Assembly: GCA_964035545.1 (NCBI GenBank)
Contig: OZ037766.1
Coordinates: 13,940,722-14,004,721 of the forward strand
Length of the DNA: 64,000 nt
Direction: 5' to 3'
Origin: Bugula neritina
Lineage: Eukaryota > Animalia > Bryozoa
Positions 1-12,900 of the stretch are shown here, piece after piece. Every line of letters starts with the position of its first letter. Position 1 is the first letter of the stretch. The notes under the pieces were generated by a model. It did no database searches. It was not told the origin of the DNA and saw only the letters and a program-made list of their open reading frames with translations. The position numbers and the translations under genes were made by a program.

Positions 1-1594
1 TGTTACAATACTATACAATGTTAGTATAATTATCGCAACTAAATGTGTTAGCTACCTACCTATTGTTTTTTGCAGAGTAGATGATCAGCTCAGCTTAGCC
101 TCTTTCAATTGTCTCTATAATTTTCACTTGCAATCTATATAGAGAGTAGAAAATGTCAATTTTGCATAATTTTATAAGTGCATACATCTGTTTTCAGTAT
201 TACTTTAATTTGGCTTGAATTGCATATATAACTATTACTAACCTAAGCATGGTTCGTGCCAAGGCGAGAAGGACTTTTTACTTATTAGTGTAAACTTAAC
301 TTATTTCATTTGAAAATTGTAGACTGTTGTAATTAACCCATACCTATTTTATAGAAATGCCAACAATTGTGTAACTTATGACCTAGATTTTAAACTCTTG
401 CAACGTATATGCAAATGACAAACAAACTGTAAGCCTCTTAGCCCAGCTCAAAGTTCAGCTATACATTTTCACCTAAATCTCTAAACTTTGACTGAAGAAT
501 TTATTGGCTTGAAAAAGAATGAAGTGCTTTAAACAAATTTTACTTTTTAGCTATTTTTACTGTCAAGCACGTTCCAAAACACAAAATGCTCTGTATTACT
601 GATCAGTGCTGTTTGTTTAGGTATTAATAAGCATATATTTATTTGTCCACTATATACTCACCGTTCATTTGGTCAACTTGGTGCTATAGTTCTCAAAAAA
701 AGGTTTAATCAGGACGTTTTACTTCCTTGTATGAATGTTTCTTCTAATGCCATTGTAACTGTAGACAATCTACAGTTGCAATTTGGTTATACAAAAAGGT
801 GTCATTCCACTTGGACAATTCCCAGTTAGACGATATTTATAGATTTTAGTGTAATATATGTATTTTATGTTATTATTTAGCACATAATAGAAAGCAAAGA
901 AGCCATCAGTAAGCCACTTACAGTAACAATGCTTCTATAATTAAGAAGCCATCTTGCACAAACCTTAAACTTAAAGGTGAAAAATAGACAAAATATAACA
1001 AGAAAAAATATCAAGTATGCTTATTAAGTAGTATATTAAAAGAGATTCTAGACAAAAAATGGAACAGTGAAGCTGTAATATAGCAGTATGTGATGTACCA
1101 TGAAATGCATTTGTGCATTTAATTCTGTTATTTTGAATAAAATAAACTGTAGCTAAATTAGTATTGAGTTAAAGCAATTAGCTGGCTTGGTAGCTTATTT
1201 CATGTTTAGCAGTAAATGCAACAGTTATATACGTATATTACTATATATATTGTATCAAAATAAAAAATTGTCTAAGTTGGAACGTCTAAGTGGAGTAAAA
1301 CCTACAACAAAATGGGAAAGCTTTTGTAAAGCTGCATTTTTAAATTTAACTGTATAGCTTATAAATTATTTAAAATACTTGCCCATTCATGATCAATATT
1401 CAACTTGATATTTTTCTCGCAAGATTGGCTTCTATCATGTTTTACAGTTATCATAATAATTGCAGTAAAATCTGAAAAATGATATATAATAATATGCTTG
1501 TTGGCAAACATTTGAAGTATTTGCTTTTATCAAGCAAATTCTGTTGTGCTTTGTTTTCAGCAAGTTTTGTAACATTAAGTTTTTTTGTTACTAG

Positions 1595-2584
1595 ATATTG
1601 ATAAAGCGACAACGCAGAATGGTGAAAATTCGACTAGCAAATTACAATTGGTTACAAAAGACAGCAACTCTTCTATTTTAACAGGTGATTTGCTTTTACA
1701 GAGTGCATGACTGCGCACCTCCTATAGATGTCATGCATGGTATACTTCAACATGCTTGGTCCATCATTACTATGTTTGCAATTGAATTGAAAGTATTTGA
1801 TGTTGGCCCAACAAATTTTATACAGCCATTATTAACTATTATCTAAATGTTTCAAATGATAGATCTACCATACATACAGTATATACAATACACGGCTAAT
1901 ATAAATAAATAGATGACAGGCTGCTATTTGAAAAATGAGTCAACTTTCCTCTTGGTAATGTATCTATTTATGGCATCAAAATTGTTTTGGAAAAGTAACT
2001 CCTAACATGTAATGATGACTAATCAATTTAGCAGCAAAACAACTGCTAAATATGTTTGAAAGTTGGATTGTACAAGTAGAATGCATAAAAGTTGAGGAAT
2101 AAATTTACCGATTATAATTTCTACCAAGGTATTGATTATTATAGCAAAATAATTGGTTTACTCTCAAATTAAACAACAAACATTTTCATAACCTGGTATT
2201 TGTAGCTTTCACATAGTTTTGTGAAATGTAAGTTTTTATTTAACTACAGTTATACGCTGCCTCAATTTTTCCTTCTAGATATAATTTAAGGTACAGTTAA
2301 TCAAAATATCGTAATATGCTTTTAATTTTCATTGTTTTTTTTCAGACTCAGTTACATTAGTTGTTGGTGCAGCAGAAGAAGCCGTTCCTCACCCTAATGA
2401 AGACTATAAACTCAGCCACATTTTAAACAGACAAATAATTTATGTTGTTCTGATATCTGTGGCTACAGTTGCTATAGTTGGTAGCCTCATCACTTGTATT
2501 GTATGTCGGGTGTGTGTAACTAATGGAAGGTCATATACCTTACCAGAGGAGCAGCTTCACCTCTACACTGTCACTAACAAATGA
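1595..2584 (+). CDS. 3' part (last two exons, 1595-1684 and 2346-2584) of an unidentified type I single-pass membrane protein; 5' exons unresolved or outside the window
   Basis: ctag|ATATTG...ACAG|gtgatt and tttcag|ACTCAG join in phase 1. Translation ...DSVTLVVGAAEEAVPHPNEDYKLSHILNRQ-IIYVVLISVATVAIVGSLITCIVC-RVCVTNGRSYTLPEEQLHLYTVTNK* has a clear TM helix, juxtamembrane Cys and a short tail. AATAAA at 2841. Confidence 0.6.
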
Positions 2585-3628
2585 CTTTATTGCCTTTGAT
2601 CTGTAAATTTATGACACATTTGTGGTACGATGATTACTATTTTAATAAGTTGGTTCAGCTAGTTTTAGGACATTTTGGGCAAAGCATGTTGCCTTTTATT
2701 ATATTTAAAGCTGCTATTCTTGTGAGATAGCACGGTACTACAGTATCATAATGTTTTGCATGCAGTATTGTGTAATGAATTTCGGAATGTGCTATTATAA
2801 TGAATTAGTTTATATGCAACAACTTCAAGCAAGTCTTTTCAATAAAATTTTAAAACAAATTTTGATAAGTTTATATTGCTAGTTGATATAGGTCAACGTT
2901 GACTTTTCATTACAGTTCATAATAATTTATTTTGAACTTCTATACAAATTTCAAGGTCAAAACTGGTAAAATTGCTGAAAAGATTTTATTTGTATACATA
3001 CACTTGCCACAAAACATACTCTACTATTTACAATATGAAGATTATATACAAAGAGGTGCAAATGCACTTAATACTATTGATGCCTCGCTAGTCTAAAATA
3101 TTTGTACAGAAATTCATAGTTTTTTATACAAAACCACAACAAAATGGTAAAGTAAATACATGACCATGCTACATGCAAATACTTACCTAAAAAATTAAAG
3201 TTGACTCAAGCACCAACATCAAATCTATATACTACTAAAATCCAAATTGAATATCAGTTGAATTAGGAAAATGCACAACTTGCAAACTGTTTAATTGACA
3301 TTGATTTGTAGGTAAACAAATTACTATAATATAGAAGAAAAGTGTGATGCATGCAATCTGATGCAAATAAGTACACAAAACAGTGTTATAAACAGAATCA
3401 TGCATCATAGATACTAGATAACAATGATAAAATCAATTTCATAGCAAAATTAAAATTTAATATAAGTAAATCCATTGCAAAAATATGAATTTATAGTGAG
3501 AATGAAGTAAAGAGCAAATTTTGAAATTATGAGCAAGAGCTTGATCATTACTTTAAGATAATAGTATTACATGATGTACACATAATACCACATATATTGT
3601 ATATATAGTATTATTGTATATATAGGCG

Positions 3629-3632
<4 letters not shown>

Positions 3633-3666
<34 letters not shown>
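3633..3666. repeat. (TA)17 microsatellite in the Trio-like 3' UTR
   Basis: Direct reading. Confidence 0.95.
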
Positions 3667-3669
<3 letters not shown>

Positions 3670-3908
3670 TATATAAATAAGAAAAGTTTCACTAGTTTGG
3701 TGACAATCAAAGTTTTAATTAATTCAACAGCAACAGAATTAGCATGGCCATTGGACGGCAAAAAGTGTAGTGGAAGCAAACTAGCAGACAATATCACAGA
3801 GAATTTTGACTATGTGGTTGAGTGTGGTAATCAACCAGACAGACTTCTGAGCACCTTCACTGATGGATCACAGAGCAGTTAAGAGAGTCAACTGATAGAT
3901 GGATCAAA

Positions 3909-6900
3909 TCAGTTGCTTATTTGTGAAGATCTGTTGGGGTTATTACCAGCATTGCCACCGCTACTGCTGTCACTTGAGACCGCAGTGCCGATAGAATTTT
4001 GAGATCCTCTTCGCTCAAATGACAGCTCATCTAATGAGGTATTGCTAATGCTATCCAGCTCTCTGTAATAAAGAGATTCAGTCAAATTTATTGGCAGTAA
4101 ATCCATTTAAGTTCTGCACACCATACACAGATGTCTTGCCCCACCTTTGACTTGGCAAATAATGTAAGAAAACGACACTGGGTGCTACAGCTGATGCATG
4201 CCTCACAGAGACCAGCTTTTTAAATATACAAGTATAAAAGTAATGTCCACTGACAGAAAGTTTAAACTCAAAGATGTTTAAATAAATAAGAGGAAGGAAA
4301 GAGGACATACCTGCTGTTCCTGTCGGAGGAAGAAGCGTGTGATCTGCTGGAGCTGCGAAGCCCTGGTTTACTGAAGAGAGGTCTTGTCATTGGCTCGTTA
4401 TATTTGGACTTGTATAATACTCGCTCATTTATTATTTGTCTAATCATGGTCACCCAGGTTTGCTTTGTGTCTAAACTGTGGGCCTGTACAGATAAATTAT
4501 AATACTTCATTAATAAAATGACGATGATAGAACAGCATCTCTCTCGCTTATTCAGGCAGATTTTGTGACAGCAGTAGCTAGTAACAGTAAATTTGCAAAA
4601 AAGGAAGCTTGCAAGCAGCAACATCTTGAACTAAAAAGGTTTATAATAGGGCAATGGACAATACCCAACTAAGAATTAGATACAAAACATATGTGAATAC
4701 AATACCTTAGATACAAAGCATGTATATATATAATACCTTTAATATTATTTTGGTATCTGACATAGTGGGTACAGCGCCTGTCCACAGGGCAAACTTGCAC
4801 TGATCACCTTCTATGTGTTCTGTAACACTGATTTCTGCAATCTAAAAACAATATATAAATTCCATCAGGGCTACCTAACATGAAGATGTGGTAATGTTGG
4901 TGTATTTTGTAAATTTAACAAATTATTGATTTATCTCTAATGCCTTTATGAAAACAAAATCTTATAAATAATAAAACAGAATTGGCATATTTTACAACTA
5001 ACGTACCAGCAAACGAGTTTTGTATGTATACTTCGTTTTTCCACCTTCAGTGGCTTCTTTGGCAAACACAATACAATCTTCAAAGAGAAAGATTTGTCTC
5101 TCTCTCCCCTTCTTTATGATATGTTTGGGATCCCACAGAGTGAATCTGTCTTGAAGGAGCACATCTCCCCAAGCCAGCAAGTCATCCTATAAGAAGCAAA
5201 TATAGCATTTCATTTTATTACATTGCCAAGTGAAATAATATAAATAATCATAATCATTATCTTACGCCCTTTATATAAAGCTTTAATAACAGAAATATAA
5301 TTGAAAAATCCATTAAATAAGGCCAAATGTATTCATAAAATTTTTTATGTACATCATCAACTGGACCATTTTTCATCTTTCTGCATAAATATCTTCAAGA
5401 ATATAGAAGGCTAGTGACAGATAAAATGGCCCCATTAACTGATCAAGACAGAAGATTTATACTGTGAAATACACTTAATCTTGGGTCTATGCCCTAATTA
5501 CTGTGACTTTGCATAAATATTGCCTATAACCCTTTACATTACTGCTTAGCAATGCTTGCCAGGCATCAGCCAGTAAAGCAATGCTGGAATAGAAACTAAG
5601 TATCAGCTAATGTTAGAGAGGATATATTATACATGTGCTGATGGCATTCTGCTATCTATGTATAGTTCACACCAAAAAACTAACTTTGTTGAAAATAAAA
5701 AAATATTTCAATGGTAATGAGGACTTCTTAGGTAAGCAATTGAGCTTTTTGAAATTTGTGTCTTATTTGCATAAAATTATAAATGTAAAAAGGATGGTAA
5801 CTGCATTATTATGCTGGTTTACCACATGAAAGTTTACTTTTACAATTGAAACAACCCTGATACATAGTTTGAAATATAGAGAGTTGCAAAATCACTTGAA
5901 GAAAAAAGAATTATAAGAGCGTGCATGGTAACTGAAGACTATCGTGATATACAGAGCACTATATTTAGCCAACCTGAACGCCTTCTAGCATACTCAAATG
6001 AACTGCATCGTTGGCTTTCTTTGGAACCGACAACATCACATCTAGCCCATCCTGAAAAATGCCCAACTTTTATTAATATGTATCTAGTAGTGTTAGTTTC
6101 CTGTCAACAAGACTAGAGTTTCATGAGATACAGTTCAACGTTAAGAATACAAATCCTCTAACAAACGTATCCCTGCTTACATAAAGAAATTATTACAAAT
6201 AGGAAAGATGATTGACAACTAAAGCTATTGCTGTGCCATCCATGCATGTTGGAGACAAGATAATTACTCTACCTTGATTTCTCCTTTGCCTTCGTCACAG
6301 CAAGCCATGAGATCTTTCAACAGCAGCTGATACTTGGTGATTCGTTGCACCGGTTTGATCAAATAACTCTGTATAGAGCCATTTAGTTCGTACTTAGACT
6401 GTACTTTCTACAAAATAAATTATAAAAGTGGCTACAACCTAAATGACAATATCCATTTTAATTCAGCCACTTTTAATAGTGAGCCATGACTGGTAACACA
6501 ACGTCACAGTTTTTAGGATAAAGTTAGGAAACGCAAGTAGGGTTCAACAAAAGAAAATATATTGGGGTTTATGGGTTGACAGTTTTCTCTTACTTGGTGG
6601 TGGTTTATTGCATTAATAAGCGATTAAGATTCACAAATGGCACAATGCTTTGAAAACTGTAAAAATATATTTTGTAATGCAGAAAAAAATGAAAATTTGC
6701 CTTCCTTTATCATGGCATTTACGTGTACATATATGTATGTTGGATAAATTCAGTGAAGTTCAAACTTTTTAAAAGCAAAACAGTTATAGGTGGATGATGG
6801 CTTTCTTTTTGTTAGTAGACATTTCTCCAGCACAACTGTATCCAGTCTAGCTATAGGAATTCACTTATCCGGCTGTGTTACAGTTGAACTTCCTCACAAC

Positions 6901-9900
6901 TTTATACCCCATTAACTCAAATCAGAAGAACATTTCATTCTAATCCCCTTGTCAAGATGAGTGGAGAGGAAAACAACAGGATGCAGAGATACTCACATCA
7001 AAGTAGCTGCCTGCGTGGGCCATCAGCACTTTGGTAGACTCCGTCTTATTCTTACAGTACGTTACGTACATGGAGAATTTCTCAGCCCACGTCACAAAGT
7101 TGTGGCCGACATCTTCGGGCAGGGATTCATATTTCTCCAGCTCTTGGAGGAAGGTGCTGTAAGCAAGCAGATGCAGTGTTAGATGTAAAGACATCACAAT
7201 ATTCTACACGCCACTCAAATCTTATACAACTAAACTTTATAGTAACTAAATATGAGTATGATTGGAGAATACCAGAGGAAAAAAATAAATGCGGAAAAAA
7301 ATTTCAATAAAAAGAATGCAACTGATAAGCGATAATTGAGCAACAAAAGATGAAATGAAAGAAATACGATATGCAACGAGCATACGAGTAGAACCATGAA
7401 TGATTCAGCGCTAGATAACAAATTGCAGTTAATGGACACAAACACTTCAATGGGTGATTGAATGGTGAAAAAATATCATATATATAATGTCAAGTTTGTT
7501 TCACGCTCCATCTAACATATAATAAAAACAAGCCGTGCCATATTGTTGAAAGTGAATATTAATGGCTTCCACAATGGCATTAGCAAGTTGCAGTAACTAC
7601 TAACTAAATAGCCATCAGTACCATTTGTGAAATTGATAAATCTCCTCAATGTTGCCGAAGATAACCGTATGCTGTCCCACAATTCCAGCAGGAAGTTCAT
7701 CTGCTGGTGTGTTTTTCATATCTTTGAGGTAGTAATTCACGCACTCTTCCAGGTCTTTGACATACGCTCGTTCTGTTTGAAGTAGCTCCGCCATTATAAA
7801 CCTTCAGAGGTAAATCAACATATTGAAACAGGAAATGAGATTATAATAACTTCAACAAGACAATAGAGTTAACTGAAAGGATTAGTTTAAGAGATATGTC
7901 TTTACACCATGTAATATTACCTCACCTTTGTTAGAAATACTGCATGTGTTTTCGTCAAAAAATTAACAGTAACTAAACAGAAGCAAAAAAGTGGCGTCTA
8001 TGGAATTCTATTTAATTATATTCACGAATTGATAGACTGTTAATTCAGTTGAAAGATTAATTGATTCTCATCTATTTATAACACAAAGAATTGCAAACAT
8101 TGAATAATTCACAAGAAACAACTTATTGGGTGGGGAGGGGGACTGGGCGTATTAACTCAACATATATCCATCAACTCAACTATAAATAAGTGAAATACAC
8201 GATAGAAGTATACAATGCTTACTCTCGCTTTCTAGCTGATTTTCGTTTTTCTTCATTAATTTCCCGGTGCTGCATTTTATCTTTATGACAGTTGGAGCTA
8301 ATATTGTCCCTAGGCTGAACATTCTGTATACCCAGTGTCAACTCTAATTGTTTTTTATAAGTGTCTATGCTGTCAGTAAACTCCCTGAATCTTTTGTCTA
8401 CTGCCTCCAGCCATTGCCGTATTCCATCTCTATGACTGTTGTCATGCTCCAGCATATGAGCTGCAACTTCTTTGAGATACGCCACTTTTCCAGTTTTTTC
8501 CTGCCAAAGAATCAAAGTTAAACTCAATGCAGTTGTAGCAAGGAGACAGATAAGCATCGGCAAAAAATGAGAAGTTACTTGAAATGTAAAGTAAAAACAT
8601 GAACTTTGAGAAACTGATGTTGTGCATAAAACCTATTATAAGTATTGCTCAATCGAAAACTTAACAGTCATTCAGATCTGAGTTACCCGACTGTGAATTC
8701 GAATTAAGGAGATATTGAACAACAGGTTGGATTACATTCCGCTAGGATATATTGAACATGACAGGCCCAAAACGAAGAGAACGCATGCAATGAATGATGT
8801 GTGTAACTAGTAAATACTAAGTGAGAGTGTTGACTGAGGTAGAAAGGAAGGAAACACTTGAAATGAATATTCATGAATGCATATTCGTGAGTAGTACCCT
8901 AATCTCGCGTACTGCACATGTATTAGAATGTAGATATTGGTGAGAGGATGGGTGGGTGAGTCATTCAATTTATATGAATAATTTGTAGACTACTTGATAT
9001 TCGGCATTGTCTTTGGTAACTTAAGAAGTCGAAGTCATCTATGATATATGAGACAATTTGAGCAGAGGGTGACTGCTAGAACCAGGCACTGCTAACAGCT
9101 GCCAATGCTGACTGTAATGTATATGTTTCTCACCAAATAGTTTATATTGAGATAGTATATAATAGTACTCAGTGAAATAGTTTGGAGATAAGCTCCATGA
9201 TGACCTCTCTTACACCAACTGACATGAAATAAAATTTAAATGTTTTGGGAGAAGTTTGATGAACTCTTCAACTTACAAGTTGATAGTTTAGCCAGAGAGG
9301 GGCATGTAAACCGTGCTATTAATACACATTTGGATATTCAACAAAGTGACCCGTCAATGCACTGACTTCGTTCTCGCCCAGTGACTCCTAACACACTGCA
9401 CAATGTACACATAGCATACAAGTGTTGCTACACAGTGTTATATAATTCCTATTCAATATCACACACCACACGTTATCTATATAGCTACTCTTACCTTCAC
9501 CTCGCTCTCGACAAACTCTCTGTGCTCTTTTAACAACCTGTCTGCCTCGTTTTCATCACCGGAATCGTGAGTGTGAGTGCTGAGATACACGTCGCCTACT
9601 TCTCGTATCCATTCTATCACCTGTAAACACGATAAGAGAGGCTGTCTTAGCAACTCGTATATTGCAAGTAATTCTCCTGTGAGAACTTGTATATAGAATA
9701 CGGAGCAAATAGAAGTTCTGTGCTTTAGAGTGGAATAAGGAAGAACACAGATATCAAGATTTATATCCATGGAAAAGAGCCATAAAAAGTATGGAACAAA
9801 ATGTGACACAAATGAATCATCAATGATAGCAGCACAACATGAATCAGAATAAGATTTCCTGTGTCACTTCAAGATAATGAGAGAAGTTATTGTGGTTAAC

Positions 9901-12900
9901 CCAAGGAGTTATCTCCCTTGTAACTAAACTAATTTAATAGCAATCTGACCACTGGTCAACCAGTGCTTTGTAGCATTCAGAACTAACTTCGTCTTTCTGT
10001 CTGTAGGAGGATAGGGTTACACAGTGCAGTTTGAGATAGAATGAATACTTAAGTCCAGAGAGAGGAGTGCTTGCAAACAACTCTAGAATTTAGGCTATAC
10101 AAAAATCAAACTGTTCAAACAATCTGGTGGAAAACTAGCTGAGACTGAAAGTTGATAGAATTGTAAGAGTATACTGCAACCAGTAGCCCTGTGTAAACTA
10201 ACATAGATAAGCCACCTTGCACTACCATAAATTTACTTCATATAACAAGGTATTGATGTGTGGAATAGATATGGAGCAGTGAGAATAGTGTGCGTTGGCT
10301 TAATGTTGCAACTCATACTGTGGCTACATTGTAGGTATTCAGACTGGATGATGAATTGCTTTTACATGTCAGCTTAGTTCTGTGTATCTTTGTACATGTG
10401 TAGAGTAGAGTGAATACATTTGCCTACATAATTAAGTCAATACTGGATATTAGGCAGAAGGTTTACTAGGATTGCAAATTAGAGTTGATCGACTGATCAC
10501 CAGGTATTCTATTAAGACATTCTAGCTCTGCAAAGACTGCAAGCATTCAATCTCTATATATTGATTGACCAAACTTCACATGCTAAGGAAGAACAGGCCA
10601 TGAAAATAAAACTGAACTGACAGCAAAATCAATGTATAGAATTTGCTGCTAATCAACCAGTAATTATGACTATGAATATGCAACTATAACAAAGATGAAC
10701 AATTTTAATTATAATATATGTGTGAATCAGTTACAATAGTCTTACATTTATATTTTAAGCTACCCACCTGGGCACACAGCTCTTGGATGGCTGTTATTGA
10801 AAGTGATACACTAGAATTACCGCTAAAGTTTTTTGTTGTTGCTTGGTCAGAACGCTGCTGCATTGGCAGCAGAAGGTTTGATGAATGCAATGCGTGTTTG
10901 TTTATGTTAACTTCACTTGTGTTATTGTTAGGTCTTAATAAATTATTCTCGTAGGTTTGACTAGTTGATAATTTTGAGTTATTTGGTTTCAAGTCAGATC
11001 CAGCTGTGAGTTGTTTATTATAATCCATTGACCAGAAATTCCTGTGAATAAAGTCAGGCGAGTCGAGTTTCCTAGGAGTATCATCAGCATGGCATTGCAG
11101 GGAACTATTTTGGGATTTTGTACTCAGAACGCATTTTTTCGATACTACCGCTGCGTCATTGATATTAAACAAATTTACATCCGTTAAATCTGACTCCATC
11201 GCTGAGTCAGAGTCTACCGCCTGTGATGTGGAACTTAGGCTATCCACATTCTCATCACCAAACACCTTATCATATCTCTCACCAGAGTTCAAATATGTCG
11301 TGTCCACACCATGATCCTTGACGAAGTGAGAATGCAAGGATTGAGGTCGGTATTGAGATGAGACAGCACTTTTGGCTCGTTTAGTTCTACGCCGTGGTGG
11401 TATTGGTGCATCGGCAACTCTGGCAGAAACAAATTGTTCATCGTTTCTGAAAGGCTGAGTCTGGAGAACAAGAGATGACGAGAATCCTTGTCTTTCCAGA
11501 TGAAGCGAGTCTGTCAGACTAGCCCGCTGCACAGAGCTGTAACTTCGACCAGCCGAGTGCGGCAAGCTGGCTCCACAACTGGAGCGATTTCTTGAGGTCA
11601 CAACACGATTTCTGGGCACCATGTCAGTAGCTGGAAAAGGTTTAGCGATTGAGAAGCTAGTTTGGGACGTGTAAGATTGGTTGTTAGAGAAATTAGAGGT
11701 TGGAGATATATTACGCCGTGAGGTAGTTGGAGGAACGCTTGCCGTCCTGTTGGCGACTGGATGGCCATATGACGGATATTCATGTCTGCTGCTCTGTTGG
11801 TCACACTGAGGGAGACCCGCTGAGCTTTGCCATGGACTAGATTGCTGAATAGCTATGTCAGAGAAACTTACATTTTCATACACCGAGTGATCATCTTCCT
11901 GCATGACAGGAGGCGACAGGCTGTTGAATCTACTGAAGCTGCTCTGTAGTGGTAACTCTGGGGGAATTCTAAAGGAATGTGTGTAGTTAGAACCAACTTG
12001 AGGATTTTGGCTGTGATTGCTTTCGCTGCCATAAGGTCCAATGATAGGCTGGGTGGTGGTGTTGGTTGGAGACCTCAAACTTCTACTTTTGCTAGCCCGA
12101 GGTTTTGGTTGGGGTGGCACTGATTTTAAACTAAAGTTTTTAACCTCACAATAAGTTGGGATATTTACAATGTTGGTTAGATGTTCTGTTGGAGACCCTC
12201 CAATAGAACATACTGGTGATCTACTCATGTGGTCTTCATCCTCGCTCTCACTCGATACTATGTCTTCATACAGTGTAAGTGTACTCCCACTCTTCTCTCT
12301 GTTAGCCCAAAATCCTACTGCAAAAGCTTGGGGCGGTCTCAAAATGTCAGAGTTTTTACTGAACTGTGCAACCCTGCCCTTGACATTGTTGTTACTAGCA
12401 AGATTATTTAGCACCAGTTTCTCACGTCCAAATACAGTCAGCTTACTGTAGCCGTGTGACTCACTTCCACACAGTGAGGATGGCACAGTCCGGTTGGCAT
12501 GCAGAACAGTGGCAGACATTGCTCTCTCCTTCACTCATCAGTCGAAGAAGGCAAGTTTCTTAAATCTAATAGAAGATCACGAAATATCCTGCTCGCTGCA
12601 TAGCTCTATTTACAAGTAATGCATTAGATGAGAGATAAATAAATCTACTGCCAAATAGAGCGCATCACGTAACTAGCCTATTGGAGCATACGACAGGCGT
12701 TGGATATAATTTGATTGGTTAAATTTTACTCTCTCACCAGTCTTACTATACTTTATTGCCTGTAACTAGCTGACCATAAAATAAATATACTTGTAAATGC
12801 TGAATAATGCCGTAGGTTTCTCTGTTTATATTGGTTTATTTCTTATCTTTTATGTTGTTTATGAGTATAATTACAAGTGCAGTGGAATATCTATTCTACA

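Noticed and set aside
3880-3911. Stop-codon readthrough extending Trio toward an SH3 domain
   Set aside because: A second in-frame TGA follows six codons later, and the context is not TGA-CTA.
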